Positions 1-12,447 of a stretch of DNA of 64,000 nt are shown one piece after another. The notes under the pieces are model-generated. The model saw only the letters and a list, made by a program, of their open reading frames with translations. It ran no database searches and was not told the DNA's origin. Origin of the DNA: Eledone cirrhosa (lineage: Eukaryota). The translations under genes were made by a program, and so were the position numbers. Each line of letters opens with the position of its first letter. Position 1 is the stretch's first letter. Where the stretch lies: assembly GCA_964016885.1 (NCBI GenBank), contig OZ024743.1, positions 58,032,001-58,096,000 of the forward strand, in the 5' to 3' direction.

Positions 1-2280
1 ATACGAACTATATCTAGCCATGCCGGACTTGTTACCCGATCTCCTCGAGGCAGTCTACTGCAACTGGCAACAGGACGGGAGAATTCCCTGTGCTGTGACC
101 AAGGGTGTAGTCACGCTAGTGAGGAAGGACGAGAACAAGGGGGACGATATAAATAATTTCAGGCCCATAACTCTGCTAAATACAGAGTTACAGATTTTGG
201 CCAAGGTGCTAGCAAAGATGTTGGCACTTGTCGTGTGCAACCTGGTGGGAGATGCGCAGACATGTGCTATCCCGTCCAGGTCCATCCACGACAACCTCCA
301 CCTTATGCGATACATCATAGAGAGGGTTGGGAACGAACCCGGCTTTGGTGGGGCCCTGATCAACTTGGATCAATCTAAGGCGTTCGATAGGGTCGACCAT
401 GGTTACCTGGATGCGCTGCTAGCGGCGGCAGGCTTCGGACCCGTTTTCAGGCGCTGGATCACTGCCATGCACAGCAGCCGCTTCTTCTCTAGGGTCAAGG
501 TGAACGGCTACCTCTCGGAGCCGTTCGAAATCACGCGGTCCATCCGACAAGGGTGCCCTCTCTCCTCCCTTCTGTATGTAATGACTCTAGAGCCACTGCT
601 ACGGAAGTTGGAGTTGTTGCAGGGCATCCCGTTTGGACCGGGATTGCGGAAAGCGGTGTCGGCCTACGCCGATGACGTAACAGTAATGGTGTCGACGGAG
701 GAGTACGAAATGTTTACAGGGGCTAAGCTGAACCGGGACAAGTCGATCGGTCTGCAACTCGGCACGTGGAGGGGCAGATCGATGCCCTCCGATGGCGTTG
801 TCGGGCGCTGGACGGAGGGTCCGGTAAAGTTGCTCGGGGTCTGGTTCGGACCAGACCTCCGTGGAGAAGAACTGGGGTGAGGTAACGAACATGGTGTTTG
901 CACTGACCCAGAAGTGGGCCGAGTGCAAACAGTCACTGAAAGGTCGGGCGGAGGGGGCGAACACTTATATAGCGTCCGTCATCTACTAACGCCTGACCGC
1001 CGTGACTTGCCCAAGGGAAACGCTCACCAAAATGGAGCGCGCACTCTTCCAATTCCTTTGGAAGAAGCGGGCTCCTATGGTGAGGAGATCCATCTGCTGT
1101 CAACAACCATCGAAAGGAGGGCTGGGGATGCCGTGGCTGATGATTCGTAAACACGCATTAAGGCTACGGCACCTCCAGGTTTCCTCACGGGTCAACCGGT
1201 GTGGGCCCCGTTTGTGAGGCGAGCCTTTCCCAGACTCGTCTCGCTCATCGAGCTGCAATCCTGGGTCAAGCAAAGACCGAGAAAACTGGGTGCCTGTCAC
1301 TCCGAGTGTGCCCAGGCGCTCAGGGCTCTCAGGCAGGCGGACCCGGCTGTCAATGGAGAATCCACCTCGTCATTCTATAGAGAGCTGGTGGTTAGCAGGT
1401 GAGACGACGCCCTCGGAGAAGCCCTAGGCATGGAGGAAAATGAACTGGCCAACCTGTTCGGTAGGACATTCAGCCCGGGACCTATGGATAACTTCCAGAG
1501 GTCTCTGGCCTGGCAGTGCTACCGAGGGACTCTGCCCGTTCGAGAAAGGCTCTACAGACACAGGCGCCCGGGTAGGGACCCCTCGAAAAAGATCTGTCCC
1601 AGATGCGTGTCCGACGAGGAAACCGTTGCACGCGCATTGGTACACTGCTCGGGCGTAGCCGATCTGTGGGGCTATGTCGAACGACTGCTGTCACGTGTGG
1701 GACCGATCCGGTTGACCACCGAGTCTATTGTAACGATCAAGCCGCCTCCCCTCTTCAAAAACGAAGGAGAGGCGGTGTTTCTGTGCGTAATAGCCATGGC
1801 GAAAGAGGTTGTATGGTAGACGCGTCTGAAAGGACTGAGGTCGGACACCTTTCTCTCTGGCCAACAACTGGTCCGTTTCTTCCGATATCATTTCGGAAGA
1901 AGGATCAGGATGGAGAGAGAGGTGCTGAACCCCAGCCGTTTTTATGAAAGATGGGTGAAAGTGGCGAGAATGGCCCGTGTTAATGGGCCTTCACTCTACA
2001 TCAGACTGTAGGTGAGAAAGATGAAAGATCAAGGGAGCACCCTCTCTCTGTGCTCCTGAGGAGAAGGGTTGCACACTTTTTCAGGGGTGTGTACGACCCC
2101 CCCCCCAGGCGCCTCCTCCCTATTGAGGATTTTGTTATTCAATTTATTTTTGTTATATTTTATATCTTATGTTTTTATATTTTGTTATTGCCTCCTCCTT
2201 ATTGAGGACGCTTTTTTATGTAAACTACCCCATTGTACTTGTCCCACTCTTTGACTCCCTGGTGGCAAATAAATAGAAAG
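1..2280 (+). mobile_element. Tx1/L1-clade LINE, ORF2 RT to C-terminus plus 3' UTR, frameshifted
   Basis: ORF 20..880 has RT motifs NFRPITLLN, LDQSKAFDRV, RQGCPLS and AYADD. Downstream frames give GGLGMP and a CPRC..EETV...C zinc knuckle (1430..1819). Ends AATAAA-like, then (CTAT)n. Confidence 0.9.
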
Positions 2281-2346
<66 letters not shown>

Positions 2347-2425
2347 GTCTATATGTCTATCTATCTGTCCATCCATCAACCTATCTTTCAACAAAACCAC
2401 CTATCAACATACTAACATACGTAAT

Positions 2426-2508
<83 letters not shown>

Positions 2509-2551
2509 GCATATATCTATCTAATTATCTATCTATATCTATCTATCTATC
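2281..2551. repeat. (CTAT)n and (CT)n microsatellites
   Basis: Directly visible. Confidence 0.95.
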
Positions 2552-2799
2552 TTTGGGATTGACATACGCGTGAAACTTGCTGTGTAAGTTTTGCTTAAAT
2601 TTCTATAGAAATTCTTGACAGTGAACCTTCATTTTTATACCAATTTGTAGAGGGACTGCCAGGTTAAATTTTGATCTGGTCAGTCTCTCAAAATATTCTA
2701 CGCCTTTAGGCGAAATAGTTCATAAAAATCTTTTGGAAAAACTAACGTCATAGTAGCAGATGTCTCAGACAAAGGTCAGACAGAGGAAGGATTTTGTTC

Positions 2800-3900
2800 A
2801 CCTGCTGACCAACAACTTGACGTTGCCATGGCAACAAACCAAAACCAAAAGTGTGAAACAATGAACAAAAACAACACAACAAGCGGCACCAGCAACAACA
2901 GCAACAATGATAACAACAACACCAACACCAACAACAGTAACAATGATGACAACAACACCAACAAGAACACCTCCACAAAAAAAGAAACAATTTCGTTCGC
3001 ATAAACTGTCCAAAAGACGGAACTATATACACAGATTGACATCTCTAATGCCGGAGAATTGCTAAGAGATGCCAAACAATAAGTAACGTTTGGGGAGAAT
3101 GGCGCTTTTAGCATCACTTCCCCCCAAGATTTGCGTAGAGAAATTGTCCTGAAAACTATAGTTTTCAGGACAATCTCAAACACCAAGTAGAAAACCAGCT
3201 CAATTAACGCAAAATGAAACTGAGCTGGTTCTAAGAAACTCCATGAAGGATATTACCTTCATACAGAAGGGAAAACTCTTCGGGAGTTTATCGGTAATAA
3301 TGAAAGACCAATTGACGGCACAGAAATATTCTGTGTCGCCAATTGTGTCCCCCCTCTACACCTGTTTCCCCACATATATGGGAACCCCCCCCCCCCAAAG
3401 AAAGGGTAACGAGTATCACACCAAATGTAAATATCTGGTGGATATTGAGTGGCTTTATCAACTTTGATGAAGATACAATAATTTCGGTAGGAAAGTCCTC
3501 CAGGAGTATATTTAACGGTACTAGCTTAGAAGTTCTGGTCCAAATGAGGACAGAACGAATAGCTAGAATCCCACAACGTGTGCCTCTGGATGGAGTTTCC
3601 TACATAAACATTTCTGTTGGGGTAGGCGGCTTCATGTTACCACTGTTTAAGCAGTGGTCACATGAGGGCTTCCTGTCATCAATTAACTGCGATAAAAAAG
3701 CACTACTGCTGACACCCAACACCACAACACAACCACCACCACCACCACAACAACACAAAAATAACCAAAACAAACCAAACCGCAAAAACAGTCCCACCCA
3801 ACCCCTCCCCACCTAAAACAATTCCCAAAATACCCACAAACAAAACAGCTCCCCAAAACGTACCCCTCCCAATCACACAGACACCACAACGGGCGACGCC
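2800..3900 (+). pseudogene. Degenerate LINE ORF1 (Gag-like) with CCHC zinc knuckle
   Basis: 3635..3676 translates CYHCLSSGHMRASC (CX2CX4HX4C), followed by a T/P/Q/K-rich low-complexity tail. Stops and frameshifts are present. Lies just upstream of a Tx1 3' end. Confidence 0.65.
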
Positions 3901-3924
3901 CCCTCATCATCACTCAGTGATGAT

Positions 3925-4760
3925 GAGGGGACGCACTCGGAGAAACTCTGGGCGTAGAGGAGGACGAACTGGCCAGTCTGTTCGGTAGGACATTTCGCCC
4001 GGGACCGATGGACAACTTCCAAAAGTCCCTGGCCTGGCAGTGCTACTGAGGAGCTCTACCAGTTCGAGACAATCTCTACAGTCACGGGCGCTCAGGCAGG
4101 GATCCTTCGAAAAAGATCTGTCCGAGATGCGTGCGCGAAGAGGAAACCGCAGCCCACGCATTTGTACACTGCCCGGGCGTTACCGACCTGTGGGGCTATG
4201 TAGAACGACTATTGTCGCAGGTGGGACCAATCCAGTTGACCACATAGTCCATTGTCATGATCAAACCGCCACCCTCCTTCAAAAACGAAGGAGAGGCGGT
4301 TTGCTTATGTGTTATGGCTATGGTGAAAGAGGTTATATGGTGGACGAGGTTAAAAGGGCTGAGATCAGACACCTTTCTCTCCGGCGAGCAACTGATTCGT
4401 TTTTTCAAATATCATTTTGGAAGAAGAATCAGGATGAAGAGAGAGGTGTAAATTTTATGAAAGGTGGGTGAATCTGGCAAAGATGGCCCGAGTTGTTGGG
4501 CCTTCTCTCTATATAAGCCTGTAGATTGAGGAAAAAGAGGAAGAGGGGAAGGGAGTACTCACTCTTGGTGCTCCTGGAGATAAGGGTTGTACATTTTTTC
4601 GGGGTGTGTACAACCCCCGTGTAACGCCTCCCCCCTATTGGGGATTTCAATTGTTATTTGTTGTTTTATTAATAGTTTTATTTTCATATACCTGTATGTA
4701 AACTCCCCATTTGTATTTGTCCCCTTCTTTTGTGCCCTTGTGGCCAATAAAGAAATTTAT
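3925..4760 (+). mobile_element. Second Tx1-like LINE 3' segment
   Basis: Clearly homologous to ~1400..2280 (IKPPPSFKNEGEAVCLCVMAMVKEVIWW). Ends GGCCAATAAAGAAA, then TATC-like sequence. Confidence 0.9.
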
Positions 4761-4784
4761 CTAATTATCCATCTATATCTATAC

Positions 4785-5485
4785 GACAACCACACTGGTT
4801 CACCGGTCAGGACCGCCTGGAGATGGCGTAGCCTCAGCGCGTGTTTGCACATCATCAGCCACAGTACGCCCAGCCATCCGTTAGAAGGGTGTTGGCAACA
4901 GATGGATCTCCTCACCAATGGAGCTTGTTTCTTCGAAAGGAACTTGAAGGGTAGATGTTCCATTTTGGTGAAGTGATCGCGGGGGCAAGGCACGACTGTC
5001 AAGCGGTAGTAGATGGTGGACGCAATGTAAGTGTTCGGCACCTCCGCTCGGCCTTTTAAGGAGAGTTTGCACTCAGCCCAGTCATCCCCTTCTTTAAATG
5101 CCACTTCAGAAGGAAGGTGAGAGTGGAGAGAGAGGTGCTACACCCCAGTAAATTCGCTGAAAGGTGGGTGAATGTGGCGAAAATGGCCCGAGTGAATGGG
5201 CCTTCTCTGTATATAAGCTTGTAGGTTGAGGAAAACAAAAAAAAAGGGAAGAGAGGAACACCTACAAAAGGTGCTACTGGTGCTGAGGGTTGTTCTGTTT
5301 ACGGGGTGTAAAACAACCCCGTAGTAACGTTCCCCTTATTGGGGATTTCGATTGTTAATTATTCAATATATAGTTTATTACTATTTATTAATATTAAAGT
5401 TTATACGATTTTTATTTAAAACCCCCGCCGCCATGTCTTGTAATGTCCCATTTCTTGTACGCCCTTGTGGCAAAGAAAGAAAGAT
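4785..5485. mobile_element. Third Tx1-like copy with inverted 5' segment
   Basis: ~4790..5090 on the minus strand matches ~900..1200 (ORF 4757..5104). ~5090..5485 on the plus strand matches ~1880..2280. Confidence 0.85.
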
Positions 5486-5527
5486 ATCTATATGTGTGTG
5501 AGTATGTATGTATATATGTATGTATGC

Positions 5528-6230
5528 AGTGTCTCAAAGATGCTCAGTATCAGGTGGCAGATGCATGTGAATGGTGTTGAGGTCCTTGAGAGAAGTGAGT
5601 GTCAGAGCATTGAGAGTATCATCCACCAACCGCGTTTGCGATGGACCGAACACCTCTGCAGATTGGAGGATGATCAAATCCCCAAACAACTTTTGTATGG
5701 TGAACTTTGTAAGGATAAGAGACCACCTCATAAACCAAGGCTCCGATTCAAGGATTGTGTAAAGGACTCATTGAAAGAAATTGATTTGATGGTGGCTGAA
5801 TGGGAGATAGAAGCTCTTGAAAGAGAAACTTGGCGTGGAATGGTGAGTGATGGGGGTCCATAATTTTGAGGACAGACGCATAGAGCACGAGAAGATCAAA
5901 CGGGATGTGCGAAATCAATGCCCTAGTTAAATCTCTCGAAGCGATCGGTCTCCATTGACTGGAAAGGCCCTGACAGTGGGAAAATTTGCCTGAACAAATT
6001 AGGTCTCATGAGCCATAGTCGCAGCCACGTTAAAAGAGAACCAGTAAATTATGATTTCCACGGTATTGTGAAGGTTCACAGGCAACCTGATGAGGCCAGA
6101 GAGATCTATAGTCGTCGTCAATGTGAGAAGGAATGCAAGTCTCTAGCAGGCTTGAAAGGCCATATCCGAGCGTCACACATCTGAACCTGACTAGCGATTG
6201 CAACACTCTTAGCAGAGTTTGCAGCCAACA
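5528..6230 (+). mobile_element. RTE-clade LINE 3' fragment with two degenerate C-terminal C2H2 fingers
   Basis: RLRWTEHLCR...IPKQLLYGEL...PRLRFKD...WR motif. 6107..6184 reads YSRRQCEKECKSLAGLKGHIRASHI*. Ends in TGTA repeats. Confidence 0.8.
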
Positions 6231-6240
6231 TGTATGTATG

Positions 6241-6652
6241 CGCTGGGACATAGATATACGGGGTTCGGTACACGATCGCGTAGTTAGCTCAGCGGGAATG
6301 AGAGACCCTCAATACTTGTTAGAATATCATTCGAGGAGAAGGAAACTCCAATCTAAAACGTCTGACTCGATGACAGCCAATGGTGTGCGTTGAGCTGCTC
6401 TTCTTTTTGGGTACCTGTCACCGTTGTTCAGAGAGTGGGATTGGTTCAGTGCAAGCCTTGCGTCAGTTAAAAATTCTTCAAGTACAGGCCTCACTTGATC
6501 AAATAGACGTTCACGTAGTCTTTTCTATTTATTCGTTGCATCATATGCACAGGGGAATCTAAATCATTGGAGGGCTAAATTTCATGTTCGTGCCACCCAT
6601 GTATGAGCAAAAGGTCAAGGGATAGTAATTCTCAAAACTGAGATGCAGCAAT
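6241..6652 (+). mobile_element. Non-autonomous RTE-derived element, diverged relative of 12448..13054
   Basis: Shares the GGAGAAGGAAA-CTC, TCTTCTTTTTGG and GAGAGTGGGA-TGG blocks and a 3' CTC..GAG..GCAGC end before (TATG)n. Confidence 0.6.
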
Positions 6653-6676
6653 TATGTATGTATGTATGTATGTATG

Positions 6677-6707
<31 letters not shown>

Positions 6708-6712
6708 GTATG

Positions 6713-9700
6713 TTATCTCTTTCTCTTAATTTCGAGTATAATTTTTTGACCGGCCACCTTCCTGGTGGCAAGGTTGTAAAAAAAAAGAAATTGTCATCCC
6801 TTGAATCGCAAGAATGTTTTGCAAATTTTGAAGGTGCCAGCTATCGCAGCCATTTGTAGACTATGAATTAGGGAGCTGCGCTTTTTGTCCGCAAATCCAA
6901 GTTCAATCATACTTTGGTCCAAGAGGGTTGGTATATAACCCGTAGTTCCAATAATGATGGGTATGAAGCTAAAGGTGTATCTTGGATACTGGATTAGTAA
7001 ACTCCTCATCAATGGTCCGTAGATGTCCTCCTGCTCCTGTATTATTCTGACAACTTTTACATCAAGTGGGCAGCTGATCTCCACAACAGAACACGTTTTC
7101 AATGTGTGGTCCCAAACAACAATATCAGGCCGGTTGTGCTTTAATTTGGTGGCAGTTTTTATTTTCAGGTTCCACCAGTATTCCTTAGTGCCATCTGTCT
7201 CAATATATTCTTCCTCGTTTGTTAATTTTGTTTTCCGAAGTGCGTTCCAAATGGTTCTAGCTATCCCATTGTGTCTCATGGAGAGGTAGTAGCGAGATGA
7301 CATTCTTTCGCAACAATGTGGCTTACATCCTCGATCTTTGTTTTACATAGCCTACATTTAATGTCAGCTGCTGGCCCTCCTCTTTTGTGCAGCAGATATT
7401 TGGTAGGGAGTTCTTGTTCCTGTATTGCATAGAGATATCCCTCAAGGTGTGATGTCATAAACTTGTCGGAACTCCATGCCAGGCTTTTTGAGTGGTTTAT
7501 CCCCTCTATGGTCTGTGTTGTACGCCTCAATTATCCATGCACAACTTTTTCTGTAAATTGGTCAATTTTTTTATCTTGTTTGAACATTGAATAGGATCTT
7601 CCGATTTCTCTGGGTGAGAGATTTATATCAGGCTTTATTCCATATCTCTCCTCCAGATCAGTCGCTATTCAAATGATATTTTTTTTTTCATGCTCATAAA
7701 CCTGGGCAAGATGGTTGCCAACCTTTTTTCTCTGTTGAAGGTGTTGCTTCAGTGTTACTATCCGGGTCTCATATGTTGTTAATATTGATTTTAGACCCCA
7801 GCCACCTTCCTTGCGTGAGAAGTATAGCCTATCCACATCACCATTGATGTTAAAGTTCCCAGTAACACTGAGAAGTTTTCGAGTTCTAACATCCATCTCA
7901 CTTAGTTCTTGCAATGACCAGTTCAGCAGGCCAAATGTTGGCGTTAGAATTGGCACAGCATAAGTATTGTGGGCAATGTATTTGTTGTACGCTGACAATT
8001 CTGATGACCATATTTTCTTTACTCTTCTGAGGTATTCAGTTCTGGTTCTCTCCTTATTTATGGGTTCATCATATCTGACATTCTCATCCTGTCCAAGATA
8101 TCTGTAGTTGTCACCTGACTGTAGAGGTTGTATTGTCAGGCCGTTCACCTCTAGATTTCTAGAGGAGGGCACAGCTCTTCCACGTTTTACTGCCAAATAT
8201 GCACACTTGGACTCACCAAATTTCATTTTGATGTCGGTTGAAAATTGTGTAATGAGGTCCAATTGTTTCTTGATGTCATTGATATTTGGCCCATACAACT
8301 TCAGGTCGTCAACAAAGAAAAGATGGGAGATACTTCTGGGCCCACTTCTTTGTCCTCCTTGTTTCCTGAGTAGGTAAGATAGTGGATTCAGTGAAAGAAC
8401 GAAGAATAGCACTGACAAGCTATCACCCTGAAAGATGCCCTTCTGGTAATGTATCTTATCAGTTTTAACTTGCTCCTTCTCACCTCTAAGGATCAAATTG
8501 GTGTACCAGTTCTTGGTCAGGCGTTCAACAGCAGCTACCAATGGTTGTGGGACTTTAGCTAACTGTAAAGCCTTAATAATCCACTCATGAGGTACACTAT
8601 CAAATGCTTTTTGATAGTCCAGCCACACGACAGTCATGTTTCTGCGATTCTTTGTTGTTTTTTCCTGAATCATTTTGTTAGTTAGTAGGTGATCTATGCA
8701 ACCCCACACCTCCCTCTTTCCACCAGCTTGCTCAGGTGTTATGATGTTGTTGGTAGCACAGTGATCCTGTAAGAACAGGTTAAGGCACCCAGTATATAAT
8801 TTATACATGATGTTTTGGCAGGCAATTGGGCGGTAATTTTTAGCAAGGGTGGTTTGGCTATTTTGGGGAATGAGGAGAGTAGTGGCAGTTGATAACCATC
8901 TGGGCAGTTCTTGTATGCCCTTAATGGTTTCTGTAAACAGCCGTATGAGAACTTGCCGATAGAAAGTGAAATTCTTCAACCAGTATCCTGTAATGAGGTC
9001 TGGGCCTGGCGATTTCCTATTCGACATTTTCTGTAGAGCTGTTTCCAGTATTGATCCATCCATGTCATATTGTTTTGTCTGGACATGTTGGCAGTAGTCC
9101 TGTTCCAGTTCTTTTAGCCAATTAGTTTGTCTATTGAATCCGTCATCCGTTTCCCATACAGATCTCCAGTAGCTCTCAACCTGTTCTTTTGAAGAGGTGT
9201 CAGTTACAGGGATTGAACTTTTGCCACCGATGCTGCGATTAACTGATTTAGGATCTCTGGCAAACAATCTATTTAGCACTTGTCGTTTATGTGCTGTTGA
9301 CTTATATTTTAGTCTTTCTGTTGTAGCTGTGAGTTGTTGTTTCAACTAGTGTAATTTGGAGTTCAAAGTTTTAAATTTTGTATCTCCAAATCGTCTCTCT
9401 TACTTTTTTTTTTAGGTCTTCCTGGTGTCGTGTGAAGTTGCTCTCTATGTTGCATTTCATAACGACTACGATGTGTGAGATAATTCGTCTCAGGGACAAA
9501 ATTTTGGTTTTTAAATTTCGCATCCACGCTGGTTCAGGCTTTCTGTTTGTATCTTGATTGCGTGGTTTTAGATGTGTGTTATACGATAGCAATGTGACAG
9601 CTGAAACATATAACAAAATATTAAGCGTTTCAAATGTCGTTTCTACACCTTTAGATCGTATAGCCTTCAGATAATTGCTAGCTATTTCGTTCACCGCTTC

Positions 9701-10926
9701 CAATTCCAATTTAGTGGGTTCTTTACTGATTCTGGTGGTGTATGGTCTGTCACTCACATTAAGGCTGTGTATCTCTTGAAACATATCGTTCCATATCACT
9801 TGTAGGGTGTCCACAAGTTTTTGGTGTTTTGTTTGTTCAGTAGAGTCATGAATTTCAGCCTCGTTGTTGATGTGGTGACACTTACTACTAGAGTTAGCTG
9901 ACCTTTCTCGCTGTTCTTCAGTGGAAGTGGGATGGATTTCAGCAAAATTGTTGGTGAGCTGTTCACTGTTAGATTTAGCTGGCCATTCTCTTTGTCTGTT
10001 AGTGGAGGTGGGGTGGTTGTCTACAAGGGCTGTATTTGTAGTATCACTCAATTCCGTTAGATGTATCAATTTACATCTAATGATACGTTTTGCCTGTTCA
10101 TTTAAATGCTTTGGAGAAAAGTCTAATTCTGGGTGTTTGGAGTTCCATAAAGTTGTTAGCCTTTGCATAAAACCGAACTTTTGGGGTTCAGATTGTTTGT
10201 ATGCTTCATATAATATTTGTTTAGCTCGTAACTTCACTGTATACAACAGTTGTAGTTGCGATTTGGTCGAAGGAGACTTGTACTTTTTGCCATGATGAGT
10301 TCGTCTATTCACTAATATTTCGTATTTATTTTTCAAAATAGTCGATGATCTTCTTTAAAAGTTTCGACAAAGTTCTGTCAGAATCAAATTTAAAGTTATT
10401 CACAGCTTGGGTAATATTTCTTTTCAGTTAGTTTTTAATTCTACAACTGTGTTTTAAACGTTGTTCTTGAATCGTTTGAATCGAGAACAAAAAGAACCGT
10501 TACTTAGTATATTACTTTATGAATGTAATATAATATAACAACGCTGTATTTATATGTTAAAGTTTATGTATCATTCATATAAACAGGTGTTCTACAACTT
10601 ATTCACAACATATTCACAGTTCAAACACTTATGTTTTTGTTTCTGAATCGAAAACGTTACTAGTATATTTCTTTATAAATATAATATAACAACGTTGCAT
10701 TTATATGTTAAAGTGTATGTATCGTTCATATATCATAAGTGTATGTATCGTTCATATAAATAGGTGTTTTACAACACACTTACAGTTTAAACACTTATGT
10801 AGAATTATTGTATGTAATCTTACCGCGTAATGTAGCTCAACTTTTTCTAATATATGGTGTGTTGTCTTCATCTAAGCCGTAATTACACACGTCCGATTAT
10901 CGGACACTGACCACAACGGTCGCCAT
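6713..10926 (-). mobile_element. Near full-length R4/Dong-like non-LTR retrotransposon (RT + CCHC + restriction-like endonuclease), disrupted
   Basis: ORF pieces 9371..10336, 7669..9345 (YQKAFDSVPH, GIFQGDSLS, FVDDLK), 7276..7530 (CRLC..EDVSH) and 6794..7303 (RHNGIA, RPDIVV..VVEISCP). Flanked on both sides by (TATG)n. Confidence 0.9.
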
Positions 10927-11014
10927 TATGTATGTATGTATGTATGTATGTATGTATGTATGTATGTATGTATGTATGTATGTATGTATGTATGTATCCA
11001 TGTATGTATGTATG
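10927..11014. repeat. (TATG)n microsatellite; others at 6653-6705, 12345-12447, 15155-15225, 15835-15908, 18616-18651, 21366-21450
   Basis: Directly visible. Confidence 0.95.
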
Positions 11015-11277
11015 TTAAACCACTGGGAGTGAAGGACCCCTAGCCTTTGCCAGGACATAAAACCTGCGGCTCGGTAGTTACAAATGATGTTGATCTCTTC
11101 TTTTTTTTCGGGTTATAGTCACTGTCTCTCAGGGAATGGGATTGGCTTAGTGCACAGTCTTTCCCCACTTTAAAAAAGATCTTCACACACAGGCATTGCA
11201 CGATAGAATTAATTAATAATTATTAATAATGGTATATCGTGCAATGGCCATACTTGATGACGAGAGGGCAGCCATCA
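11015..11277 (+). mobile_element. Short non-autonomous RTE-derived element
   Basis: 5' part matches 13430..13635. 3' end GGCCATACTTGATGACGAGAGGGCAGCCA resembles the end of the 12448 family. Confidence 0.6.
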
Positions 11278-11334
11278 TGTATGTATATATGCATGCATGT
11301 ATGTATGCATGTACGTACATATGTATGAATGTAT

Positions 11335-12334
11335 GTTATCTCTTTCTCTTAATTTCGAGTATATTTTTTTGACCGGCCACCTTCCTGGTGGCAAGGTTGT
11401 AAAAGAAAAGAAATTGTCATCCCTTGAATCGCAAGAATGTTTTGCAAACTTTGAAGGTGCCAGCTATCGCAGCCATTTGTAGACTATGAATTAGGGAGCT
11501 GCGCTCTTTGTCCGCAAATCCAAGTTCAGTCACACTTTGATCCAAGCGAGTAGGTATATAACCCGTAGCTCCAATAATGATGGGTATGAAACTAAAGGTG
11601 TATCTGGGATACTGGATTTGTAAACTCCTCATCAATGGTCCGTAGATGCACTCCTTCTCTTGTATTTTTCTGACAACCTTTACATCAAGTGTGCAGCTGA
11701 TCTCCACAACAGAACACGTCATCAATGTGTGGTCCCAAAAAACAATATCAGGCCGGTTGTTCTTTAATTTGGTAGCAGTTTTTATATTCAGGTTCCACCA
11801 GTATTCCTTAGTGCCATCTGTCTCAATACATTCTTCCTCGTTTGTTGTTAATTTTGTTTTCCGAAGTGCGTTCCAGATGGTTCTAGCTATCCCATCGTAT
11901 CTCATGGGGAGGTAGTAGCGAGATGACAACAATGCAGCTGGCAACAATGTGGCTTACATCCTCGATCTTTGTTTTACATAGCCTACATTTATTGTCAGTT
12001 GATGGCCCTCCCCTTTTGTGCAGCAGATATTTGGTAAGGAGTTCTTGTTCCTGTATTGCATAGAGATATCCCTCAAGGTGTGATGTCATAAACTTGTCGG
12101 AACTCGATGCCAGGCTTTTTGAGTTGTTTATCCCCTCTATAGTCTGTGTTTTACGTCTCAAGTATCCATGCACAACTTTTTCTGTAAATTGGTAAATTTT
12201 TTCATCTCGTTTGAACATTGAATAGGATCTTCCAATTTCTCTGGGTGAGTGATTTATATCAGGCTTTATTCCATATCTCTCCTCCAGATCAGTGGCTATT
12301 CTAATGATATATTTTTTTTCATGATCATAAACCT
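11335..12334 (-). mobile_element. 5'-truncated copy of the R4/Dong-like element (RLE domain + 3' UTR)
   Basis: ORFs 11417..11947 and 11883..12218 closely match 6794..7530, with the same 3' terminus. Confidence 0.92.
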
Positions 12335-12447
12335 AGTACGTACTTATGTATGTATGTATGTACGTATGTATGTATGTATGTATGTATGTATGTATGTATG
12401 TATGTATGTATGTATGTATGTATGTATGTATGTATGTATGTATGTAT

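Noticed and set aside
6087-6105. CTGATGAGGCC hammerhead-like start (similar starts at 23938 and 43514)
   Set aside because: No closing stem II with GAAA; the 6087 instance lies in RTE coding remnant.
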